Below are positions 12,809-24,544 of a stretch of 64,000 nucleotides of DNA, in pieces. Position 1 is the first letter of the stretch; the number at the start of each line of letters is the position of its first letter. The stretch comes from Marsupella aquatica (Eukaryota > Plantae > Marchantiophyta). The notes under the pieces are model-generated. The model did not search any database and had not been told where the DNA came from. It worked only from the letters and a program-made list of their open reading frames with translations. Made by a program: the position numbers and the translations under genes. The stretch spans positions 14,771,680 to 14,835,679 of the forward strand of contig OZ316894.1 in assembly GCA_973895155.1 (NCBI GenBank), written 5' to 3'.

Positions 12809-15800
12809 CTAGGACCCATCCCAAGACTTTCCCGGAGACGGTTGTCCACTTGTCCCAACTGACCTCTGCTGATTGTTAAAACCCATATCTACCCCACCCT
12901 GGACAGAGGCAATACCAGCAACTTGAACATCCCTTTGCGAGAGAGCCCTGCCAGGCATACTGGTAGTTGTTGCTCCAACCCCTAGGAAATCTCGAGTAAA
13001 CCTATCTCCACCGTCCTCTGTTTTTCCTAAACCTGGTAACATAGATGAAGGCAAGCCTTGCTGACCCTGGGAAACTCCATGCGGTTGCTGTAAATTGAGT
13101 TGTTGCTGCTGTTGAGGGCCCATGTTATCATTTCCTTGCTGCATACGATGCTGCATTGGGCTACTAGGAGGCATCATTCCTCCCAAATTCCCAGATCCCC
13201 CGCTAATAGATACGGGATATATAGGAGGCATGTTACCCATAGAGCCACTGAATTGTGTCACCGAGTTTAAGTATTCCTGATGTTCATTTGGCCTCCCCTG
13301 GCCACTTCCAAACACTGCTGGCTGCAAAGAACTTCCCATACCTTGAGATCCAGGCGAAGGATCTCCAGGTCTCCGCATCATGTTGTTGTGTAGTCCACTA
13401 ACACCTGAAATGGGTGGGAGAGATGCTGCCCTACCCTGATCTTGTCGATTAGGACCTTGCCATAATGCACCCAAGGCGATTGAGTTGTTGTCGTTACCTC
13501 CCCCTCCTTGGCTTCCTTGTCCACCTCCTCCTGGTCCTCCTCCCATTCCAAAGCCTCTTAACAAAGAAGTATTACTCGTAGAGGCACCCATCTGGGCTGC
13601 CTTTTGAAGAAGAGCAGTGGCCGACATCTGTGCAGTTGATGTATGCTGCTGCTGGTTCAGAATAGACGGCAGTGAGGTGGCAGTCCCTGCACCGTTGTTG
13701 GCTGCGGCTGTGCTCGAAGACATCCCTGCCGCAGAGGACAGCGAAAGCCCTTGAGCACCAGGTCCAACTCTATCAAACCGGTTCAGTGCTCCACCGCCCC
13801 CAAAATCGGTGAACCCAGGAGACATACCCCCCATTCCCACATTGCCTCCAGATTGCCCTGCTCCACCGGAGCCTTGAATTCCTGGTAACCCATTCCCTGA
13901 TGCGAATAGATTGGCGAAAATGCTTCCCTGTGCAGACGACATCTGCATCATTCCACCCGAAGGCCTAGGGGCCTGCGGGATGTCGAACTTGTTAGACCCT
14001 CCCATCATATTTGACACTCCTGATCCGTGCTGCTGCACCTTCGGAGGTTGCATAAGGAAAGGAGAATTCGAATCCATGGGACTCATCTGTGAGTTCCCTC
14101 CCATGTTAACTTGGGAGCCTCCCATAAGACCCGGAGGACCTGGGCCCGGGCCTGACCATAGAGAAAGCCGAGGAGGTGGTCCTGAACCAGGTGTGGTTGG
14201 ACCTGATCCAGGCGCTCCCGGTTGCCCCCACCGTCCCGGAAGCATAGACAGTCCACCCTCACCCATACCCATACCAGGAAGATTACCTGCCATGCCCGGC
14301 CGTGGAGGGTCCATTTGTGCCCCGCGAATGGTGACATTCGCACTACGTGGACTTGATGGAGCACCGATCACTGACATTCCACCAGCAGATGGGCCTGCCC
14401 CAAGGCTATGATCTCCAACCGAAACCTGGCCTGGTTTGCCGCCTGACACCCTTGCGCTCTCCTCAGCCAAAGCGTCGCAAAATGCTCGATGAGTGATGAA
14501 GCTGTCTCTCCTGTTCCAGAGATGAACATTCATCCTAGTTAGATTCAAGAGTCATACATCGCCCCACATTCCGCGCCATCTTGCGACTGGCAGATGACAT
14601 TTCTTGCGAGGGCTAAGCTTAACAACAGAAGAGACAAACAAGGAACCTCAGCACATGTCCATGGTCGCTGCCCACTACACATTGCAACTGCAGACATATG
14701 AAGAGAACAGATAAACATCCTCCACCCGAGAACTGGTTTGGACTGCATGCCAAGGCAAGCGACAGCTTTGGGCCGGTGATATTGACAATGTTGGAAAACA
14801 GCGAGCGCAAGGGGGAGCTCGTCAACATCAAGTTTCCCCTTGGTCTCGCCTCTCAACCTGAAATGATCTCCTTGCGAAAGTCCATGCAGAAGGACTTCCA
14901 ACACGGCAGGAACTCGTAATCTTGGGTTATTTTCTCAACCTTTTAGAATCTGTTCAACGAGCTAGTAACAAACGAGAAAATGATGTGACAAACTAACCTG
15001 GAAAACAATGTTCCACAGTCACATCGATATTCGCGAGTTCCACAGGTTTTGGAGTGAGCTTTCCAGTCTGATTGGACGGCGTAGCGCTTGGAGCACTTGT
15101 CACACTTCCACTTTTTTTCTCCGTGCTTTCGACAGAAATGCTTCTTGATTCCCGTAAGATCGCCTAGAGCCCGAGCTGGATCGTGATGGACGCAGGACGG
15201 CTCTGGACAAATGTAAACTCGTTTGCGAATCTCCTTACTGGTCCGCTGCCTCAACTTCCACGGCAAATTGTGTCCACGTCTATGCAGTTGAAGGTTCTGA
15301 TCGCGCTGGAAACCCTTGTTACAAATTTCACACACAAACCTATTCGTCGCCATCAACGTTTTAGGAGACAAGGCAATAACTTCAGCCTCCGGATCTGCGC
15401 GATCAGATGTCACTGAAGTCATTGACAGCTCACAAATGCTACCAAGAAGACTCCAACAGCTGACAGGAGGCCCCCACACTGCAAATGTCTATCCCACAAC
15501 CCAGACCGCACAAAACAGAGAGCTGTAGGAAAGATGATACGGGGAACTGCAAAGACCTCCCGCAACCACAGCAACGTTATCCCCGAGCCAGCCTACGCAC
15601 TAGAACGGGCGGTGGATACGAAACTGTGGCAAGAAGCACCTGGAAACCACATAAAAAATTCGTCGAAACAGTTCGGAGCAACATAGGGTCGCGTAAGAGC
15701 CGAAATCCATAACATCGGGCCGTCACAACCGGAAGATAGACACTTCAAGTCGTGCCCTCTGCCGATGTCAATGGAAGAGCTAGAACGATAACGAATCCGC

Positions 15801-16399
15801 CCCAACAACCTGGGCGGATCTACCCCGTCACATGTTCCCATAGTCAAAGGTGAACCAAACCTGCTCATCGTCAGGGACACCCTTCAAGACGTCACAAGCG
15901 CAGGTTCTGTCCTCCCGGTACTGCTGCGAGAGAAGATCCTAAGGACAGCACAACTCCCTCAAGGCAGAGCAGATGGCGCATCTACATAACAAAATAGCCC
16001 TAGACATATCTTGAACGAAAAGCTTACAGTAGATTTTTCTGAGATAAATTAGTCACACAGGCACGACAATCACAGCAAATCTGCGCAGCCGCCATTAGTT
16101 GGACAAGAAACGCACACTACAATGTGGATAAAGTGCGATGGTAAGGAGAACTCAAAAGTGTCAGATCAAAGGAGAAGATCACTGAAGTCTAAAGGCAGAC
16201 CTGGTGTTCCTGGGAGATTTCGTTTGCGCTTGACAACGAGTTGTCCAGTAGCAGTACTGGTCGTTGTCGTGGTAGGGGTCGCTGGAGTGGCACCGCTGTT
16301 TGTTTGTCCTCCAGAAGATAGAGCCACCGCGCCATCGCCACGAGCCCCCGACGACACACTAGCTTCCCCCGATGCCGAGGTAAGATTGGAGAGGGTCAT
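12809..16399 (-). CDS. IDD: INDETERMINATE DOMAIN (IDD/BIRD) C2H2 zinc-finger transcription factor; exons 16399-16201, 15394-14998, 14510-12809; about 765 aa
   Basis: N-terminal SNLTSASGEASVSSG and KRKRNLPGTP|DPEAEVIALSPKTLMATNRFVCEICNKGFQRDQNLQLHRRGH...CDCGTLFSR|RDSFITHRAFCDALAEE (the ID domain). C-terminal MSATALLQKAAQMG and TRDFLG motifs. GT-AG introns at the positions typical of IDD genes, and frames join (199+397+1702 = 2298 nt). Confidence 0.96.
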
Positions 16400-16461
16400 G
16401 GTCGAGAGTCCGTGTTCGCTACTCTTCGGACTTCTTACTCCCCCGCCTTGTGGATCCAATG

Positions 16462-16506
16462 CTAGAGCCCCTCCTCACTTGGCCGTCCTCCCCGGCCAGG
16501 TGCCAT
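16462..16506 (-). promoter_or_regulatory. Candidate uORF (MAPGRGGRPSEEGL*) in the IDD 5' leader
   Basis: ATG at 16506-16504 and TAG at 16464-16462, ending 62 nt upstream of the main ATG. Whether it lies inside the transcript is assumed. Confidence 0.45.
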
Positions 16507-19500
16507 AGCTGATGCGCCGTATGAGCTAAGCTAAATCAAATGAGAGAGGCTCTGGCTTCTTGTGACGAAGATGATGAGACGTCAACAGTCGCAACGACTT
16601 TCCTGTACCGCGAGGCACGCAGACTATCTCGTTCTTAGTGCTACTTATCACGAAGCGTGGAGCGACCTGTATACTTGACAAACTTGAGGTACCAGGACGG
16701 ACGAAGAACTGCACGCCAACAACACGATATTGTACCGTTTGCAACCTTTATGTTCACACAGCCCCCAACAGCCGCCCAGGAAACCCCAGGCGGCCCCGTC
16801 CGATGAGCGAGAAAAGGAGGCAACGGAGTCTAACGAAAGAACTCGGCGATGGAAGGCCCACAGGTGTGTGTGCACTTCGCTACTCCTGGCCAGGGTTCTC
16901 TACAACTACTCTTCACTCTAGCTCCTGCTTCTCCCCTCTGCCAGTCGCCAGGCAGGAAAGAATCGGCCCACACTCTGTATTTCCCTGACAACAAATGGTA
17001 TTTCTCCTCAATCCTCACACATAATCGATTGATTAGTCTGTCGGAGGTACTGTCGACGAACGCAGGACAGACCAACAAGTCGAAAATCTGGATTGATGTG
17101 GTAAGAGAAAGGGACCGAAGGGATTGCAGACAAGGCGGGCACTTTGTGGTGCGGGGCGAGGCCGTTGAATCGGCCACAATAGTATTTGAGCCGGCCTTGC
17201 AATGCTCGAATGATCCATGGCACCATGTCATTCATGATGCAGGAATATCATTCTGTGAGACCACCTTGGAACACCCGCATCCCATCCCATCTAGGACCAT
17301 GCATCAAATCCTGCCACATGGCCACTTCCCGTACAGCCGTCACCGGTTCTTCACCTGAAATATTCCCCGGCTGTCCTCTTTGCGAAGGGCCGGATGGAGA
17401 CAGGAGTGCCGGGTATCCGACTTTACCGTGGCAGGAAATACCCCGGGAAAACTTTGCTACAAATCTGACACTTCAAACTGGCCTCCAACGTACGTCCCGC
17501 AGTGGCCGACGTACATGCACATTCGTTTTTCTTAACTTTTCCTTGCAGTTGTGTCCTGTAGTCACTATCGTATCATGACAAGCTGCGGTCAAAGTCTCAA
17601 ACCCTCAAACCCGGTTTAACCTCGGTCCGTCGATTTTTTTGTGGATAGGGTCACGCAATTAAGGGGGATGTCCTTACTCGAGATCCTCCAACGATAGTTA
17701 ATTAAGTAAGATCCAAACCATAGTTCTAGTCTTGAACTTGTTTAATGAGCCGAACATTTTATAAATAAATTGAAGTTCTTTTTTCCCCATATCCATGAAA
17801 ACTACTGTACCGGTTGATCTTCGCATCGGGACAACCTTTATTGGGTTTCCCACTTTCTCTATTTTTCTCGAAAGAAAGTAGCAAATAAACTGGTTTCTCA
17901 CTTTAGCTTGCCTATTATCGTCCATTCTAATTTCTGGATGTCTTGTTCTCATCACTACCCCTACCCCAGCCGTATTTAGAACTGATACTAGACGGACAGT
18001 CCCATTAACTCCAAGACGGCAAATTTTCACCTCCAGCAGAACAAGTTTGACTAATGACAAGAATAAAGGGAGGAGGGTTATGATAATCACGGGGCTGCCT
18101 TGGATGTACTTATCGGGATGTCCGTACAGTGACTATGCATAGATCAGTAAGTTGTCCAGTTGTTCAAATTTGTCTGGCTTTTGTGAAAATAGTTTGGCTA
18201 AAGTAATTATTATTAGTTTGTTTTGCTTGAATATCTTATTGGTCTGTAAATTATAAGACAGGAAGCGAGCCCACCGACAGGAAAGGCCGAGGTTAGAGTT
18301 TAGGGGGAGCAGAGCAAACGATACTCCTACGCGAAGGCAAGATCGAAGACATAGAGCAAGCACGACAGCTCAACGACAACCAAACAACACATAGCTAGGG
18401 AAAGGGAGACATAGGCTGAATTTGTGGAGCAGTGTGAGATTTCATATTGGAGTGCTGTCGTGATGGAGCTCCAGGCCGAATTGTCAGGGTTTGCCAAGGA
18501 AAAGGTGAGACAAATTCTGAAGGGGGAGATAGATCAGAAGTCTCAAGCACTTTATCATCTGCAAATAGAACGAGGAAAGTATCACTGCAATGGAAACAAA
18601 ATTCATGGGAGCCCCAGTGCACACTCGGTAAGGAAGAGCATTGGATTTCAAGGGAAGCTAGGACTAGATTTCAACTGTGGTCAAAGAGTTCAGTACAAAG
18701 GGGAGGGTATGAAGATTGTAAATTGTTTAGTTAGGGAGGTAAGTTGTACATACCAGGGTGGAGAAGAAAACCCAGTCAATCCATAGAACATTTAGTATAC
18801 AGGAACATACTCTTGACAGGGCATTGTGAACCATAATGCCCCCAAAACAAGAATTTTAGGTCAAGTTTGAGAGTCTATTATTGCCCATAAATGCTCAGGT
18901 AATAGGAAGTTAATACATTTAAAAGCCTAAAATACTTTCATCTTTCTAATTTTAGTAAAAGCAGAGGAGAAATCTAATCATGTGCATTTTTGTTCATAAA
19001 TGCCCTCAAAATTACAAAGAGAACAATCATGAACGGCATAGGGATAGATTATCATAAGGCCGTTGGAAAATGCTGAAATTATTAATTCTTTGGAAGTCTG
19101 CTAATAAACCCAAATGTCTTCTTTTAAAACCCAATTTGGAAAGGACGGGAGCAAAAAACATTTATTGTCAGTGGCCTAATGTTTTCCCCCACTTGATCTC
19201 CAAGACAACTATCCATGTGTGCATTGGAGGATTTGAACATAGTTCAAAATTTTCACTTTCCATTATAAAAGCCTTTGTTAATTTTTGCAATTAAAAGAAA
19301 TTAAGGTCTCCTGTTTGTTTAATGCTTTTGGTATTTGTTATCTCTAGTGACTAAATGATTCTTAGCCATTTCCAAAGTACACTTGGAAATTATGCAAACA
19401 ATAAGTACGGTATATCACATTAGACAACGGTCTCCAAAATTCAAACTAAGGCAACAACCATGAATCCAACTTGCAACTGAGAAGGGGTTCCTTAGTATAC

Positions 19501-20365
19501 TGGCTTGAAGCCCTCATGCACGTGGAAAAGACAATCTCCTGCTAATGCCATTCTCCTCCATCCACAAAATATTACGCTGCAAAGGGGAGTAGCAAAAATT
19601 GCAAGAAACACAACCAGCAATTGGGAAATAGTCGTCCCCTATCTCCATATTATTATATTTTCAAATAAAACCCACGGGAAAAGGGGCCAAACAAGCCAAC
19701 AAAAGGCCACAGCCAAAATGAAGGACAACTAAAAGAGAAAAACCCAAAAAGAGGTCAAAGAGAAGTCTCCGAGACAAGCCAAGGAGAATCACTAAGAGTC
19801 ACTAAAAGAAGGCAAAAAGGATAAACCTGCAGGAAGGACAGCAAAAATACAAGAGGCCAACATACAGATCTCTACACTAGGCCTCTCTCAGCTGTACAGC
19901 GAAACATCAGAGCGCAAAATTCACCTTAATCGTTCCTGGTTTACTATCTCTTTAATCCTTAGTAGCCTTGTGTATTTCCTACTTGGGCCAGTTGCTTCAC
20001 TGAGATCGTGTAAGGATGTGACACCGTTGGTACGGCGGGTAATGAGTGATTCGGCCTAACCGCGCTTAGCACGCGCGTTAGGGGTATCTCAGGTCGTAAT
20101 TATTAGAGTAACGACAGTATTGAGGTAGCTATTATGATTAGGAATTCATTAGTCAATAAGGGGCATTCATGTTCGGGCCGGCGGCGGGTCGCCATTTGCA
20201 CGCCCGGGTTGCGAGCGTGTAATGGGCCCCTTCCTCGGGTCCGTATAACAAACTCCGGGAGGCGGCCACTGACCCAGACCGGCGGAGTGTTCGGTACACT
20301 GCAAGCGTGAAAGGCTCAGACTATAAGCAATGAGGAGGCGTCGGGCGACTGACGAGCTCTCTGGG

Positions 20366-20372
20366 TATAAAA
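20366..20372 (+). promoter_or_regulatory. TATA box of element A
   Basis: GGG-TATAAAA-CGGGG followed by a pyrimidine-rich leader and an ATG at 20472. Confidence 0.6.
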
Positions 20373-20471
20373 CGGGGGCCGATCCTTTGCAGGGCACCAG
20401 TTCTTCAGTTCACGCGCCAGCTTCGACCCCAGTTCTCTCGCTCAGCCTTAGTCGCCTTCTATCTCCTTTGA

Positions 20472-23087
20472 ATGTCGCACACAATCCTTTCCAGTTTGGC
20501 CATACGATTCTGGACGCAGTTCCTGTCTATCGGAGGGCACTTGGCCGACTCATTGAAACACGCCAACCCGCGCCGATATGAAATCGAACACAAATATAAG
20601 AGAGCCATCTGCCTAGCAGGCCGCCACCACTATCTCCTTAACTTTGACTACCTGTCCCAGAGCGAGCTTTACCGACCCGAAGAGATATCAGGGTACTTCT
20701 TCGATGGAGGCAAATATATCGGCTTTTGGGAGGCACTGCTTCGGCTTCCGGATGAGGTCTTCAATATCCCGGGCACAATCGACTTACAGCGGCACCACTT
20801 CGATCACATCCCCGCTCGGGTCCAAGCTATCATCAACAGCGAGTTCAACACTACCCGGTCGATAAGGCCGTCCACACTTGCTTCGGAAAACCTCCACCGG
20901 CACCTGCAAAACTTCATGGCAACTACACCATCAACGACCGGTGCCGGCCTGCTCATGCCCGTACCCGCATCCATTCCACCTTGGCCTCAGCCGAGCCGAT
21001 CCCCGCCACCGGTCGCACCACCTCTCCGAGTACGATCCGTGGTGAATGCGGTGAATATTAGCTCCAAAGATGAGGAGGCTCACCCCCCTCTGAATTGACG
21101 GCCGCGGGGTACGACTCTACAGTCGCCGAACAACCCGGCGCCACTCCAGCAAGCCCGAGGGGATAACACGGTGACTCTAGTGGCCCCGGCACCAATACTC
21201 ACGGCGGTAGCACTATCGCCACCAGATAGGGAGGATGGGGAAGTGTCCCCCTCTTCCAGTCACCTCAGGAATCAGTCCCGAGGAAGGAAGAGGAAGGAAC
21301 CCGCAGCCATATCCGGGTTGCCTTTGCCCACGGTTGCGGTAGCCAAGCTGACCATGCATCGCATGGGGGCCAATGTTCACAAGAACATCCTCCACCCCAA
21401 GCATGCATGCGATCTGAAGACCCAAGGGTTTGAGCACCTCGCCTCTCTCCCTTGGAACGGAAGCAGGTACTACGGGCTGGATATGACGGAGTTCATTCAG
21501 AATTTCGATGAGGCCCGTCAACAAACCCGAGCGCACGGGAGAGTGATGTGTCTCAATGAGGCACGTTTGAAGATGATTTTTGGCCTACCCAAGGGGATAA
21601 ACCGGGTAGAGTTGCAAGCTCATGGGGGCAAGGGAGCTAAATACCTGTCTTCTAGCTTCCCGACCGAGGGAGCAGTGGACAACGGATTCTTGATGAGGAC
21701 GTGCCTCATCCCAGAAGTGGTAGAACGCCTGGAGTTCCAGCGGTATGCTCTCCACATGATGGAACCTAGAGTCAAAATATTGGCCTCCCAAGTCATCCAA
21801 GTGGAGAACTATCGGCCCAGGGAAGTGGGCGTCCTTCTTCGTCAAGAAGTTCCACGAGGAGATGGAGCGGAGAAGAAAGACTTTATACCTTGGCGGAAAG
21901 GCGTACTTTGCTAGCCACATCGAAATCATCATCGAGTGGTACGCTCATTTTGACTGCCGCAGCCTCCCACATATCAACGAGCCCAAGCTAACCCCATCAA
22001 AGTGGGTGTTTCCAGCCCAGGTGAGGCGACCGCAGCCTGAGGCCTGAAGTCTGGCAGCTGCAAGCCCTACTACCCCGGCCCCGCAACCCGCAGTTTCCGC
22101 CCCGCCAAGCATACCCATGCACGTTATCGCGACCTTAGACGCGATCAATCGGGTCAATGCAATCGAAGCCGGGCCGCATGAAGCCATACCCAAACCAGAT
22201 ACCACGGTAGCCAAGGAGATTCTGCCACCCCCCGCGGTTGTGCAGGAGAACCGCCCAGCTCCAGTGGAACCAGCCCCTTCGACCGACTTACCTCAAGGGC
22301 TGGATGTTTCCACTCCTACTCCCGCACGGGTTGGAGTCTGCCCGTGCCTGAATCCATAAGGACATAGTCTAGATCATCCGAAACTCTTTGCGCCGGGCAC
22401 ATTTTTGAACGGGTTGTTGGGAGATTTCTCTCAACAGATCTCACGCGACACCAAGGAATACATGGCCCGAAAGGTGGCCTACTTCTTCAACCAGGAGTTG
22501 GTTGCGGCTGTAAAAGCAGGACATGCGTAGGCAGAGACAGCGCAGAGAATAGAGCAATACTGGGTTGAGTCTACCTACTTGAAGGATGAAGTGGCAACCT
22601 TGGAGGTTGAACTCCAGCAATTGCAGCCTCAGGTAACGGCCACAGAGGACCAGGTTGCCGAGGCCAGGACCCGGGCAGCTTTAGCAGAACAGGTCGGGCT
22701 CGTAAAGGACGCCGAGATTGCACTGCACGGCTCCGAACCAAGATCGATGGTTTGAAGGGACAAACCGTCATTTGGCAAAGGGATCTAGAGGACGCTGACT
22801 CTTGGTCTCAGCGGGACACAGCCAAGATTGACACCCTGAAGACAGAGGTTGCGCGGCTTCAAGGAGAAACCACGAAGCAGGCCCAGTTGGTGGATAAGCT
22901 GACGAGCGACGCCCAGCAACTGGAGGAGGCATGCCAGGAGGCCGCAGAAGAGGCGGACGCGGCAAAGCGGGAGAACAAATCTTTGTTGGACCAGGTCCAA
23001 CTACTCAAGCAGGATGCCGACAGGCTCACGAGGCAGCGGGATAGTCACTCCCACTCAAGCGGCTTTGGCAAGCGTGCCAGGCATTAG
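20472..23087 (+). pseudogene. LTR-internal gene A (about 870 codons; N-terminal domain, Pro-rich linker, conserved helical domain, coiled coil)
   Basis: ORFs 20472-21098 and 21171-21914 are in frame across a single TGA. A frameshift near 21820 continues as KWASFFVKKFHEEMERRRKTLYLGGKAYFASHIEIIIEWY. The C-terminal coiled coil spans about 22560-23087. Confidence 0.75.
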
Positions 23088-24544
23088 CGGTGGAGTAGGA
23101 TTAAAATAGAGTTAGGAGTAGCTAAATCAGGCTATAGGGACAAGCGCCTGCCCTAGTTAAAGCGACGCTGCCATATTGTCCGGCCTGCATAGATTATAAT
23201 CTTCTAATAAGACAAGCCGTTTTCTGGCCTGACAGCCAGCTTAGTTAGGATCTCAGTTAGCAAATCTTTGGGCATGTGGCCACTCCGGTCCTCGGCTCTT
23301 AGTATTTAGTGCACCCCTTGGTAGAGGCGGGGGGTTTTGTTAGTCTCAAAGTGGGGCATCTGCGGTATGTGCGGGGAGTCCCGACCTCTGCGAGTGAAAG
23401 TACCAAGGGGAGGGGGTAGGTCTAAGCTCGTTGGGCGAGTGCGGAGCCGGGCTCCATTATAGTGTACACCCTCGGCCTTGGACCTGTTCATTCGAGAGCT
23501 TTCGGGTCAACTAAGTGTATGTGTATGTCCCCTATGTAGTAAAATCCTTTCCCATTATGTCCTTCATGTAAATCGAGATTGTATGCTTGCATATGTGTGA
23601 ATCTTGTGTATGGGTGCCAACGCTTGGCCAAACGCACTACCTGAGCCATGCACGGGGTGCAGCTTGCGGGTAAGTGGTTGCGAGCCCGGGTTGAGTGACC
23701 GTATCATCAAATCCCGATTGAAAGCGGACAACACGAAGGCTTAAAATCCCGTAAGCCGAGGTTGATCTCGCTATTGACTAAGGTACGTTCTGGCGGCGGA
23801 ACACAAACCATACCTAGGAGGTGTTTGTAAATAATAGTAGACGCACTTAGTGCTAGTTTACGTGAGTTAGGTGCATTCCGGGCTTCCCTCCCTGCCCAAA
23901 CCCTCATATTTACGAAGAATGTGCCTATCTAAGCCAAAGCCCGGGTTAAGGCCTAGGCTGACGACGTGACAAAGGAATCTAGCAATTCAGAAAGAACAAG
24001 GTTATTGTTGAAGCTTTGATGTCTCCCGGGGTTAAAGAGTTGTTTGTTCCTTGCCAACCATAAAGCCCAGAGAGAGTGGTAGATCATAACATTTTGAAGA
24101 GACCATTTTTTTTATCTTGAACTTTTTTGGTCCTTTTCATGTAAAACCCGCGAAAACCCACGGGAAGGGGAGCCAAAGCAACCAGAACAATGGCCAAAAA
24201 GGGCCAAGCAACCAGGGCCAAGACCCCAGGGGACAGTGCCAACAAAGAGGGCACAGCACAATGCACATGTGATCTAGAAAGAGTGACCAAACCTTGAGGC
24301 TGTAAAGTCAAACGTCTAAGGGCCATCTAAGTCACCAGACCACAAACCAATCCGCAGTGAAAGGCCACTACATTCTAAAGAACTGCTGTCTAGAAAGTGT
24401 TCAATCAAAAGAGAAGACAACAGTTAAGTGGATAATTCTAGAGAGCTAGAGCTCACCTAAATGCCTTGGCAAGAGCAAAACCAGTGGGAATCGGCTTGTT
24501 CAAGATAGGTTCGTGGGCTAAGAGAGCCATGGGATGCACCACAG

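Larger units (their letters stand above)
20017..23971 (+). mobile_element. Giant solo-LTR-like element A (3955 bp) containing a gene
   Basis: TGTGACACCG...GACGTGACA ends and perfect 5-bp TSD AAGGA (20012-20016 and 23972-23976). No gag, pol or terminal direct repeats seen inside. Confidence 0.85.

Noticed and set aside
13911-14411. 166-aa plus-strand ORF and other ORFs overlapping the IDD gene
   Set aside because: Antisense shadows of a GC-rich coding exon.
16400-16459. ORF-track start MDPQGGG for IDD exon 1
   Set aside because: The codon is TTG with an in-frame stop shortly upstream. The first ATG (16399) directly precedes the conserved SNLTSASGE motif.
17698-18786. ORFs 17698-18090 (-) and 18424-18786 (+) upstream of IDD
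   Set aside because: No recognisable domain. The second may be a LINE ORF1 scrap but cannot be supported.
23135-23155. Small hairpin after gene A resembling GACAGGGC-loop-GCCCTGTC at 35244-35266 near the end of gene B
   Set aside because: The stems are only 7-8 bp in GC-rich DNA; there is insufficient evidence without more copies.
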